DNA of 32,000 nucleotides from Cuniculiplasma divulgatum (lineage in GTDB: Archaea; Thermoplasmatota; Thermoplasmata; Thermoplasmatales; Thermoplasmataceae): contig NZ_LT671858.1 in NCBI RefSeq assembly GCF_900083515.1, positions 120,001 to 152,000 on the forward strand. The letters run 5' to 3'. A program made the position numbers and the translations under genes. Below the pieces are notes generated by a model. The model saw only the letters and a program-made list of their open reading frames with translations, made no database searches and had not been told where the DNA came from. This document shows, piece after piece, positions 19,217 to 27,788 of the stretch. Every line of letters starts with the position of its first letter. Position 1 is the stretch's first letter.

Positions 19217-20019
19217 ACTCTCCTCGCCTCCTCAATAGATCTGTACTTTATCCTCTTCACGAGAATCATATCCAGTCCCAACAGGGCAAGTAACCATATA
19301 ACCATAGACCCCACCAAAAGATAACCGTTTACGTTTCCACCTGCTAATGTCACCATGTTAAGTGGAAGTTCTCTTCCATAGAATGCCTGTAGGAACAGTC
19401 TCAGAATAGCAGTAAATGGTGAACCATAGACAATATATGACGGAAGGCCAACATCGAGAGCGCTAAATCCGAACAAATAGGATAATAGCTGCGGCAACAG
19501 CATTACAAATGATATATTTTTCAGACCAATGTAGTTGTTTGCTGCGATTACGAAGAACACTGCGAGCAGTAACATAAATACTCCCGTTAAAACAAAAAGT
19601 CCTATGGTCTCCGGTACTTCCACAGGATAGATCAAATATCCGGCCCTTAGGCTGAAAACAATAATTATAAGTGCTGTAAGAACAGCTCCAATAATAAGAC
19701 TCACTATGGCAGAAGATACCACAAAATTGTAAAGGTAATTAAACGGTTTCAAAACTGTAAATTTGAAGGAATATATCAGTGAGGAATTTGCATAGTATAC
19801 TGAATAGGCTATGGAGGTAGAGAGTACCGATCCGGCTATAAGTCCTATAAACGCAAACCATCCTGAAGTGTATTCCAGGCTACTGTTGTGTGTAGAAAAG
19901 CTAGAGGTACCATCAAGCAGGTAAGCCCCCATTACTATCCAGAAGAACATGAAGCCTATGGACCATCCCAGAAGGGATTTATTTGTGAGAAGGCTTTTTA
20001 TGTCATATCTGACTATCAC
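19213..20019 (-). CDS. ABC-2-type transporter permease-like membrane protein
   Basis: 268 aa, six or seven hydrophobic helices. GTG start overlapping the ATPase stop (GTGA), with SD GAGGTG 6 nt upstream. Position immediately after an ABC ATPase supports the call. Confidence 0.62.
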   Translation of the reverse strand: MIVRYDIKSLLTNKSLLGWSIGFMFFWIVMGAYLLDGTSSFSTHNSSLEYTSGWFAFIGLIAGSVLSTSIAYSVYYANSSLIYSFKFTVLKPFNYLYNFVVSSAIVSLIIGAVLTALIIIVFSLRAGYLIYPVEVPETIGLFVLTGVFMLLLAVFFVIAANNYIGLKNISFVMLLPQLLSYLFGFSALDVGLPSYIVYGSPFTAILRLFLQAFYGRELPLNMVTLAGGNVNGYLLVGSMVIWLLALLGLDMILVKRIKYRSIEEARRV

Positions 20020-20813
20020 AGGGACACCTCATCAAAGAGAGAGTTAAGATTACTGACAGATGAAATTGGTACATCTCCACCATTAATTGTTATGGAAAAT
20101 TTTCCAATATCAGATTCGATCAATCCCAGGTTTCCAGGAACATCTCCTTTCGATACGTAAAGTTCTTTCAGCATACCCGTATTGAATTTACCATAAATCT
20201 GCCCATCAAGTATGAAGTAGAGGGACCAACCATCAAGATAATTCAGCAGGTTTAATTCATGAGTGTTCAGAAGGATATCAGATTTCACTTCCTTCAGTAG
20301 TCTTATCAATTTTATCCTTCTTGACTGGTCAACATTATCGAAGGGTTCGTCCAGTAGTATTATGGAAGGAGAAAAGCTCATGGCAAGGATATTTCCTATC
20401 ATCTTCTGTTCTCCAGAGCTAAGCTGGAAAAGTTTCTTCCTTAGAATGCTTCCTAGCTGAAAATGGTCAATCAGTTTTAACGCATTAGAAGGATCACTAT
20501 TTTTTAGCTCTGCAAAGATCCCAATTGTGTCAGAAACTGTTCCACCCATTAATTTGTAAACATCGGCAAGATTTGTTGAAAGACCAAGGTAGTCATGAAT
20601 TTCATTCGTATCCACACCATCAACCGTGACTTCTCCCTCTGTTTTTTCAAGAATACCAAGAATAAGTTTTATAACGCTTGTTTTTCCAGAACCATTAGGT
20701 CCAATCACTACAGCCTTTTCCTTTCCAATGGAGAAACTTATGTTCTTAAGTGCTAACCTCTTTTCAGCACCCTCATATGAGGCCGTTACATTATGGATTT
20801 CAATCATAAACAT
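20016..20813 (-). CDS. ABC transporter ATP-binding protein
   Basis: Walker A GPNGSGKTS, ABC signature LSSGEQKM, Walker B IILLDEPFDNVD, and an H-loop-like NTHE. Confidence 0.9.
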   Translation of the reverse strand: MFMIEIHNVTASYEGAEKRLALKNISFSIGKEKAVVIGPNGSGKTSVIKLILGILEKTEGEVTVDGVDTNEIHDYLGLSTNLADVYKLMGGTVSDTIGIFAELKNSDPSNALKLIDHFQLGSILRKKLFQLSSGEQKMIGNILAMSFSPSIILLDEPFDNVDQSRRIKLIRLLKEVKSDILLNTHELNLLNYLDGWSLYFILDGQIYGKFNTGMLKELYVSKGDVPGNLGLIESDIGKFSITINGGDVPISSVSNLNSLFDEVSL

Positions 20814-20847
20814 GAAATATCATGGAATGTATTAAAAAGGTATATAA

Positions 20848-20862
20848 GTTCAAAATTTGAAC
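20848..20862. promoter_or_regulatory. Perfect 15-bp palindrome abutting the TATA box of the ABC operon (candidate operator)
   Basis: GTTCAAA-A-TTTGAAC at 20848..20862. On the gene strand it is followed at once by TTATATA (20841..20847), centred about 31 nt upstream of the ATG at 20813. That implies a leaderless or near-leaderless mRNA. Confidence 0.4.
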
Positions 20863-20906
20863 CAATAGCACTTAGAAAAATAAAAAAAAGTTATTGAAAA
20901 TATGGT

Positions 20907-22928
20907 TTACCAGATGAATATCTTCTTAGCCAGTCCCTTCTTGACCCTGGAAAGTTCAACAAATGAGGAATCAAATTTTTCATGATTCATAACAGGTATG
21001 GAACCCCTGAACACATTGGGAGAATGTGGATCTATAGATATTCTTCTCCTGATCTCTGGTTCCCTGTTGTTTCCTCTCCATATCTGAGCCCAGGATAAAA
21101 AGAACCTCTGCTCCGGTGTGAAGCCATCTATCTTCTTATTAAGTTCTGGGTTTTTCCTCAATCTTCTCTGTAATGCTTCAAACGCAATACTAACCCCGCC
21201 AAGATCTGCGATATTTTCTCCCAGAGTAAGTTTTCCGTTAACATGGAGACCAGGTAAAACCTCAAGAGAATCGTATAGTTTTACAACCTCGTCTGCTCTT
21301 TCTGTAAATTTCTTTGCATCTTCCTCTGTCCACCAGTCCTTTAGGTTTCCATCCATATCATATCTTCTTCCCTGATCGTCAAACCCATGGGTAATTTCAT
21401 GTGAGATAACTCCTCCAATTCCACCATAATTTACCGCATCATCCATGGTAGCATCAAAGAATGGTGGTTGAAGTATACCTGCAGGGAATACTATCTCATT
21501 TTCTGTTGGGGAAAAATAGGCATTTACTGTGGGAGGCGTCATTAGCCAGAGTTCTTTGTCAACCTGTTCACCGATTCTTGATGCCTCTCTTCTAAACTCA
21601 AAATTTTCAGATCTCATAACATTCCCAAGAAGATCATCCTTTCTTATATCAATGGACGAATAATCAATGAACTTCGATGGATACCCGATCTTTGCCCTGA
21701 ACTTACTGAATTTTTCAAGTGCCTTTTTCTTTGTTACATCACTCATCCAGGGCAAATTCTTAAGTTTCTCCTCAAAGACAGATCGTATATCATCTACCAT
21801 TGTTTGCATTCTTTCTCTTGCTTCCTTACCAAATTCCTGTTCCACATATAGTTCTCCAAGAGCCTCACCTATGGATCTGTCTACAATATTCACTGCTTTT
21901 TTCCATCTTTTTTCTGGCACTTCCTGTCCCAGTAGTTTCCTGTTGAAGAAATCAAAATGTTCCATCTCAGCGGCCTCGTGTAAATAAGGTGCAGCGTAGT
22001 TAATTGTGTTCCATTTGAGATACGTTTTCAGGTCTTCCAGAGAATACTCTTCCAGCATTTTTTCCATGGCATCTAGAACTTCAGGCTGCCCAACAACTAT
22101 GTATTCAGTTTTAGGTACCTGGGAAATTTCCAGGTATTTTACAAGGTTTAACCTGCTGAACTTTTCATTTAGTTCACTGTATGGTATTCTGTTATAGTTC
22201 TTTTCAGAATCTCTTAGATCTGCCTGAGGTCTGCTTGCCTTTGCTATGTAAGTTTCTATTTTCATTACCTTTTCTGCGGAATCCTTTGACTCCATAGGGG
22301 AGTATCCATACATGGTAAACATGTTCTGCATATGGGCTACAAACTCATCCCTTGTCTTCTGGAATGAATCCTGAATATAATAATCCCTGTTTGGCAGTGA
22401 AAGTCCACCCTGATAAATATAGAATGCGTAGACCGAACTGTTCTTTTCATCTGGCATTGAAAAGACTGAAAAGAAATTTCCTATGCCATTTGAATGGAGG
22501 TATTGAGAAACTTCCACCATCTCATTTTTATCCCTTACTTTGTTTATCTTTTCCATTATGGGCTTTATGGGATCAAATTTTTTCTCCTCCAGTTTCATCT
22601 GATCCATTATGGAAATATAGAAGTCACCAACCATTTTTTCTATACCTCTTTTCTTTCCATCATCAAGCGCACATTTTTCAAGTATCTTTCCCAGGATGTA
22701 TATATTTCTGTCTCTGAGCTCCATGAATCCTCCCCATGAGGATTTGTCAGGAGGAATTGGGTGTGTATCTATCCATTTTCCGTTAGCGAATCTGAAAAAA
22801 TTCGACATTGGGTCTTCGTTCGTATCCATGTTTTGGATGGAAAATTTCGCTTCTTCCGGCCTTTCTTTAGGGTCTATCCTTTCAATAAAACTATTACCAG
22901 CCATGTTACCTGTATCCACTAATTCCAT
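20907..22928 (-). CDS. M13 family zinc metallopeptidase (PepO / endothelin-converting-enzyme-like)
   Basis: 673 aa. Contains VNAYFSP, the zinc site VISHEITHGFDD, the third ligand in GENIADLGG, and a C-terminal tail ending in W. Confidence 0.92.
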   Translation of the reverse strand: MELVDTGNMAGNSFIERIDPKERPEEAKFSIQNMDTNEDPMSNFFRFANGKWIDTHPIPPDKSSWGGFMELRDRNIYILGKILEKCALDDGKKRGIEKMVGDFYISIMDQMKLEEKKFDPIKPIMEKINKVRDKNEMVEVSQYLHSNGIGNFFSVFSMPDEKNSSVYAFYIYQGGLSLPNRDYYIQDSFQKTRDEFVAHMQNMFTMYGYSPMESKDSAEKVMKIETYIAKASRPQADLRDSEKNYNRIPYSELNEKFSRLNLVKYLEISQVPKTEYIVVGQPEVLDAMEKMLEEYSLEDLKTYLKWNTINYAAPYLHEAAEMEHFDFFNRKLLGQEVPEKRWKKAVNIVDRSIGEALGELYVEQEFGKEARERMQTMVDDIRSVFEEKLKNLPWMSDVTKKKALEKFSKFRAKIGYPSKFIDYSSIDIRKDDLLGNVMRSENFEFRREASRIGEQVDKELWLMTPPTVNAYFSPTENEIVFPAGILQPPFFDATMDDAVNYGGIGGVISHEITHGFDDQGRRYDMDGNLKDWWTEEDAKKFTERADEVVKLYDSLEVLPGLHVNGKLTLGENIADLGGVSIAFEALQRRLRKNPELNKKIDGFTPEQRFFLSWAQIWRGNNREPEIRRRISIDPHSPNVFRGSIPVMNHEKFDSSFVELSRVKKGLAKKIFIW

Positions 22929-23072
22929 TATAACTCTTATCTGCTTTAATTAACGCAATGGCTGGCAATAGAATCGTATTTCTGCATTTCGAGATTAATA
23001 TAAAATATTATATGATCTAAGGAATATATTTTTTTAAAATTTACGGCACTCACTATATAAAAAATATAAGAC

Positions 23073-24080
23073 ATGTTTAGATTACCAAAGATGATTCTTT
23101 CAATAGACGGCGGAGCCACAAAAACATGTGCACTTCTTTTCGACGAGGGTTCCATGAAGTTATTATCTGTAGGTCTGGCTGGACCATCTAACTTTACAGC
23201 TGTACCTGAAACTACAGCCTCAGAAAATATACGAAGTGCAATTAAACAGATAGAAAATAAGAGTGGTATTAGTAAATCTGACAAGGTAAGAATTATAATA
23301 GGATTAGCAGGAATCGGAGATTCAACAGAAGCAACAGAACGGGGAGAAAAAATGCTATGGAGCATTTTTCAAAGGGAAGACCTGAGGATAGAGAATGATG
23401 GATTTGTTGCATACCGAATGTCAAACATGTTCAGTGATGGAGTAGTGTTTGCACCAGGTACTGGTAGTGTTGGCATGTTCCAGAAAGATGGAAAAATAAA
23501 AAGGATTGGTGGTTGGGGATGGTTTGCTGGTGATGAGGGTTCAGCCTCATGGATAGGAAAAGAAGCAATCAGAACCGCGGAAAGGCAGATGGATGGAATA
23601 CTGGAAGGAACTGACTTTGTTGACCTTGTGTCAGGGCATTTCGGTGAGGATTTCAAGGAAGTTGTGGGTTCACTTGAAAGAGATCGTAGCAAGAGAAAGG
23701 TAGCATTGCTAAGTCCAAAGGTAGTTGAAATGGCCAGAAATGGGGAAAAATATGCCATGGAAATCATTAAAAATGCAGCGGACTATGATGCGATGATCGT
23801 GAACTCAATGCTCAAATTTTTCGATGAATGTCCTGAAGTTTCTGTACTTGGAGGTACAATGATTGCCGGGTCCATAATCCGGGAAAGGATTTCTTCCAGT
23901 GTCAGGTGCAAAATCAAATTTTTCAACGGATATCATGTTGCAGTCGGAGGTATAGTACTTGGTTTAAATGAACAGGGAATCACACCAAACATTGCAATCA
24001 GAGACCGTATAATAAAAGATCTGGATGAAATAATCAAAAATTTCGATCACGAAATTAGGATAAATTCACTGGGTTACTAA
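23073..24080 (+). CDS. BadF/BadG/BcrA/BcrD-type ATPase (ASKHA fold; N-acetylglucosamine-kinase-like)
   Basis: ILSIDGGATKTCALL (phosphate-1 motif), GLAGIG, GTGSVG, and GGWGWFAGDEGSASWIGKEAI. The ATG at 23091 (MILSIDGG) is an equally good or better start, given the TATA-like box at about 23053-23070. Confidence 0.8.
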   Translation: MFRLPKMILSIDGGATKTCALLFDEGSMKLLSVGLAGPSNFTAVPETTASENIRSAIKQIENKSGISKSDKVRIIIGLAGIGDSTEATERGEKMLWSIFQREDLRIENDGFVAYRMSNMFSDGVVFAPGTGSVGMFQKDGKIKRIGGWGWFAGDEGSASWIGKEAIRTAERQMDGILEGTDFVDLVSGHFGEDFKEVVGSLERDRSKRKVALLSPKVVEMARNGEKYAMEIIKNAADYDAMIVNSMLKFFDECPEVSVLGGTMIAGSIIRERISSSVRCKIKFFNGYHVAVGGIVLGLNEQGITPNIAIRDRIIKDLDEIIKNFDHEIRINSLGY

Positions 24081-24205
24081 AAACAAATAATTTCATTATA
24101 ATAAAAGGCTTTTTGCGAAACAAAATTTCATAATGTGTTGAAAAATATATAAAATAAACTAATAAAAAACTTTATTATATAAGTGAAATATTTCAATAGT
24201 TTCCC

Positions 24206-25789
24206 ATGAATGCTGTCAAAGACATATTAAATTCAATTCGCTCAAAAATGAAGCCAAGAGTGATCATTTCTCTTTCACTGGTATGCGTACTAATCTTTCC
24301 AGCTATTCTCATAGAAAATAGTTCCATTCCAACAAGTGACTCAAACATGTTCCTTCTAAGCTGCCCTAATGGCCCTAATGATTTGAGACCCACATTCATA
24401 GGACTTTCCAATCTAAGCAGTAGTCCTCCTCAAACATATTACTTACTAAATAACAGACTGGATCCTGGTGTGAATTTGTCAATGAAACTTAACGTGTCTG
24501 TCCAAGCCCAAAATTTAATAGTCAAAAGCTTCACATCCTTCAATATATATTTCGTGCAAAAGACAGGCAATCAGGGTAATTTCACACTCAATAATTCATA
24601 TTTAATGTCACTTTCACCAAAGATATATGATAACAAGGAATATTCAATTTTATACTACTGTGTAGAAAACTATTCCGTGCTTAATACTAAGGGATATCAG
24701 TTGGCAAACCAAAAGGATGACAGATTCGGCTTCAGCTCTTATCAAATTATAAACACGAAAAATAAAAACACAACGAGTAACATGTACATAGCTTACCTGC
24801 CCTCTTATCTTTTAGGATATTACGGGCTTTCCCCAGTCATTTTAGTTCAGGGACCTAAAGGGGGAATTTACAACCTATCTTACCACCTGTATAATCCTCA
24901 GCAAAATAATTCAGTGGGACCAATGGTCTATCTGGGAAATTATTCATACAATAAGATTTATGCATTTAACTCAAACGAGCAACTTGTTCTATCAATGAAT
25001 GAAGCATACAATGTAACATTCTTTATTAATGGAACATTTATGAGTACTAATTTTAGAAGTAGTCTTTTTTCCTCATCATTATCAGTAATTTCCCTGGTGG
25101 GATTACTTGGCAATACCGGCTCTGAGATAATGCTTCTGGTAGCTGTTTTTATGGTGTTAATGCTATTTGTACCAATGTTCAACCCCTCTGTTTATAAGTA
25201 TTATCTGTCACTGCCCAGAAAGAGATGGCACACAGTAATGATTGAATTCACCTCATCCCTCATCACTATGTCAATATTTGAGGGTTTTGCGTTTCTTGCC
25301 ACATATGTCATTTCAGAAGCAGTGTTAAAATATTCTCTTTCAGGTCTTGCTTTTCTCTATATCTATTTATTTAGTCTTGCTGCATATACAGTATTTGCAT
25401 CCATTTATCTCCTCGTAGGTACCTATTTCATAGGCAGATCAACCCCTAAAACATTCCTAACATTATTCCTGGTATTGGGGTATCCCATAATCTCTTCTAT
25501 CCTGCAATCCATACTTGAATTAGGTTCTTTTTTGCCATTTAATACAGATAACTCTCTATTTAAGCCAGTGCTTGATAATATAAGAACCCTGAATGTGATG
25601 AGCGGCATATTACCCGTTCTCAATGTAGAGGAACTGAATAGCTATTTCCTTAGAAGTCCAACCAGTGGAGTTGTAATGTTGAATCATCTCTCAATTTTTG
25701 ATCTATCTCCCATAATATTCCTGTCATCCATAGTAGGAATTTCGGTGGCCTTATTTTACCTGTCAATCAGGAGATATGACAGGTATTGA
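24206..25789 (+). CDS. Membrane protein with an N-terminal anchor, a sequon-rich extracellular domain of about 270 aa, and a C-terminal multi-TM bundle (ABC-2 / YhgE-like topology)
   Basis: 527 aa. N-terminal helix VIISLSLVCVLIFPAILI, a dozen or so N-x-S/T sequons by hand count, and five or six hydrophobic helices from about residue 290. No partner ATPase is adjacent. Confidence 0.68.
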   Translation: MNAVKDILNSIRSKMKPRVIISLSLVCVLIFPAILIENSSIPTSDSNMFLLSCPNGPNDLRPTFIGLSNLSSSPPQTYYLLNNRLDPGVNLSMKLNVSVQAQNLIVKSFTSFNIYFVQKTGNQGNFTLNNSYLMSLSPKIYDNKEYSILYYCVENYSVLNTKGYQLANQKDDRFGFSSYQIINTKNKNTTSNMYIAYLPSYLLGYYGLSPVILVQGPKGGIYNLSYHLYNPQQNNSVGPMVYLGNYSYNKIYAFNSNEQLVLSMNEAYNVTFFINGTFMSTNFRSSLFSSSLSVISLVGLLGNTGSEIMLLVAVFMVLMLFVPMFNPSVYKYYLSLPRKRWHTVMIEFTSSLITMSIFEGFAFLATYVISEAVLKYSLSGLAFLYIYLFSLAAYTVFASIYLLVGTYFIGRSTPKTFLTLFLVLGYPIISSILQSILELGSFLPFNTDNSLFKPVLDNIRTLNVMSGILPVLNVEELNSYFLRSPTSGVVMLNHLSIFDLSPIIFLSSIVGISVALFYLSIRRYDRY

Positions 25790-25831
25790 AATAAAGAACA
25801 GGGAAATATAAACCTCTTCACATGGCAGGTC

Positions 25832-25852
25832 AATAGGACCTCCTATTTTTTT
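25832..25852 (+). terminator. Stem-loop followed by a T7 run downstream of the 24206..25789 gene
   Basis: AATAGGA-cc-TCCTATT followed by TTTTT (the T run spans 25846..25852), 43 nt after the stop. Archaeal termination typically uses oligo-T tracts. Confidence 0.5.
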
Positions 25853-26233
25853 ATTTGGCATCAGTTTTTGATTTCAACAACAAAGCCTATGTTAAACCTT
25901 TCAGATTTTCTGAAGATTTGTTGTTACATGTTATTCTCAATACAAAATCATAAAGCTTTCTTTATATTACTGCAAATTCTGTTTTAATCTTATAGCAATT
26001 TTATATCCAGTACTAGATTATCTCATTATATCTTGCAATTAACTTCTTGATGTTACTTGACCAAAGATCGTATATGGTTTCACATCAATTCCAAGCACCC
26101 GAAGATTCTCTTAATGGTCAAATTGGTTGTGTTTTATTTCATTTTTAAAATTAGATACAAACTCCTTGAGTCATCAAAGTCTGTCTTTCAGAGTAAGGGA
26201 TAGGTTTATTATGCACCTGTAAGTAATAACTCG

Positions 26234-26440
26234 ATGAAAAAGAGCATCTATGCAATTATTACTGTTGGCATAATTTCTATAGTTATTCTGGTTATCAATA
26301 TTCTTGCTTTCTTGAACAACGATGTTACTGAATATTTATACATACTGGACATGGTATATGTTATTGGGAACAGTGCACATCTTGTTGCTTTATCACTCTC
26401 CTCAAGCGGACTGGATATAAGCTCAAAATATGAAAGGTGA
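26234..26440 (+). CDS. Possible small hydrophobic protein (68 aa)
   Basis: This is the only ORF of 60 aa or more in an otherwise ORF-free 956-bp gap. It has one clear TM helix (IYAIITVGIISIVILVINILAFL). No SD sequence or homology evidence. Confidence 0.3.
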   Translation: MKKSIYAIITVGIISIVILVINILAFLNNDVTEYLYILDMVYVIGNSAHLVALSLSSSGLDISSKYER

Positions 26441-26493
26441 TTTTTTTAAAGAAAGAGCAATGTATACACAGCAGTTTTTAAGATGATGTGACC

Positions 26494-26508
26494 TGTGATA
26501 ATATCACA
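26494..26508. repeat. Perfect 15-bp palindrome TGTGATA-A-TATCACA
   Basis: Read directly from the sequence. It contains the hexamers GTGATA and TATCAC. It lies in the convergent gap between the small ORF and the 3' end of the AKR gene. Confidence 0.3.
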
Positions 26509-26745
26509 ACAGCACAAAAAATCTATTATTACAATAAAACGAGCAATTAAAAGAACCTTAAAATATCATAATTATAAGATATGTATTTCCTTTAAGATCA
26601 TCCTAGGAAGTTTTTTTTTGAAAATGCATTTATTTCAGAACCATGAGTGCTTAAAAAGGTTTCATTGAAAAAGAAACAAATTTAAGTAGACAATGGAAAA
26701 TAAATTATCAATTAACATCACATAGCCAACTGATAAATCCACTCT

Positions 26746-27729
26746 TTACCAGTACTGATGCACCAAGGGTTTTATTTTTTGTTCATACATCTCATTAACT
26801 ATTTTCATTGTATTATCATTTAAATCTGGCATTTCCGAGGCATGTGCATTTTCTAATATCTGTTTAATCGTTTTAGCCCCTGTAATTACAGTTGAAACCT
26901 GTCTGTGCATTAGAATCCATTTTAGAGCAAATTCAGTCATTGTAAATCCATTTGGTATGTATTTCCTTAGTTCATTCACAGTTTCTATACCAGTTTTGAA
27001 ATCAACACCTGCAAAAGTTTCTCCTCTATCGAAAGCCTCTCCATTCCTGTTAAATCTTCTGTGATCATCCTCCTCAAACTCCTCTTTTCCTGTAAATTTT
27101 CCGGTCAATAGTCCTGATGCCAACGGAACTCTAGCAATTATACCGATATTCTTCTTCTCTGCAAGGTTAAAGAAATAATCTGATGGTCTTTGTCTGAACA
27201 TATTAAATATAATCTGGACCGAAGAAACACCTGGATATTCTGAAGCTTTTATGGCTTCTTCAACCTTTTCAACACTCACACCATAATTCAGAATTAACCC
27301 CTCCTCCTTCAATCTATCCATGGAATCAAAAACTTCGGGATTATAATATACTTCCCATGGTGGGCAGTGTAGTTGAAGTAATTCAATTTCTCTAAGATTC
27401 AAATTTTTGAGACTTCTTTCAATAAATCCTTTTATATTTTCGTAGTTGTAACCTACAGCAGTGTGCGGATTTAATCTTCTTCCTGCCTTTGTAGCAATAT
27501 GGACCTGATCCCCATATTCTTTCTTTAGCTCTCCAACAAGTCTTTCAGATCTACCATCTCCATAAACGTCAGCAGTATCAAAGAAATTTATACCACTGTT
27601 CACTGCGGCATTAAGAGCCTTCCTTGATTCATCATCATTCACTTTCCCCCAAGTTCCACCTATGGCCCAGGCCCCAAACCCTATTTCTGATACTTTAATT
27701 CCCGTTTTTCCAATAGTCCTATACTTCAT
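26746..27729 (-). CDS. Aldo/keto reductase (second copy in the window)
   Basis: 327 aa. Contains GINFFDTADVYGDGRSE, HIATKAG, LLQLHCP and LNYGVSVE. An SD-like GAGGT lies about 10 nt upstream of the ATG. Confidence 0.9.
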   Translation of the reverse strand: MKYRTIGKTGIKVSEIGFGAWAIGGTWGKVNDDESRKALNAAVNSGINFFDTADVYGDGRSERLVGELKKEYGDQVHIATKAGRRLNPHTAVGYNYENIKGFIERSLKNLNLREIELLQLHCPPWEVYYNPEVFDSMDRLKEEGLILNYGVSVEKVEEAIKASEYPGVSSVQIIFNMFRQRPSDYFFNLAEKKNIGIIARVPLASGLLTGKFTGKEEFEEDDHRRFNRNGEAFDRGETFAGVDFKTGIETVNELRKYIPNGFTMTEFALKWILMHRQVSTVITGAKTIKQILENAHASEMPDLNDNTMKIVNEMYEQKIKPLVHQYW

Positions 27730-27788
27730 ACACTCTACCTCTATTTACACAGTATAAAAATGTTTTAAGTGTCCTAACATTTCCTATT

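Noticed and set aside
21118-22953. Multiple + strand ORFs of 63-121 aa across the M13 peptidase gene
   Set aside because: They are antisense to a 673-aa ORF with HExxH and ENIADLGG motifs. There is no independent support for them.
22946-23767. Minus-strand ORFs 22946..23365 (139 aa) and 23369..23767 (132 aa)
   Set aside because: They overlap the BadF-type ATPase gene on the opposite strand, and that gene has clear family motifs. The minus-strand translations are Ser/Pro/Leu-rich shadows.
26494-26508. TGTGA-N5-TCACA as a CRP/FNR-type site
   Set aside because: The spacer is 5 nt rather than 6. CRP-family regulation is not expected in this archaeal context. The site is not in a promoter.
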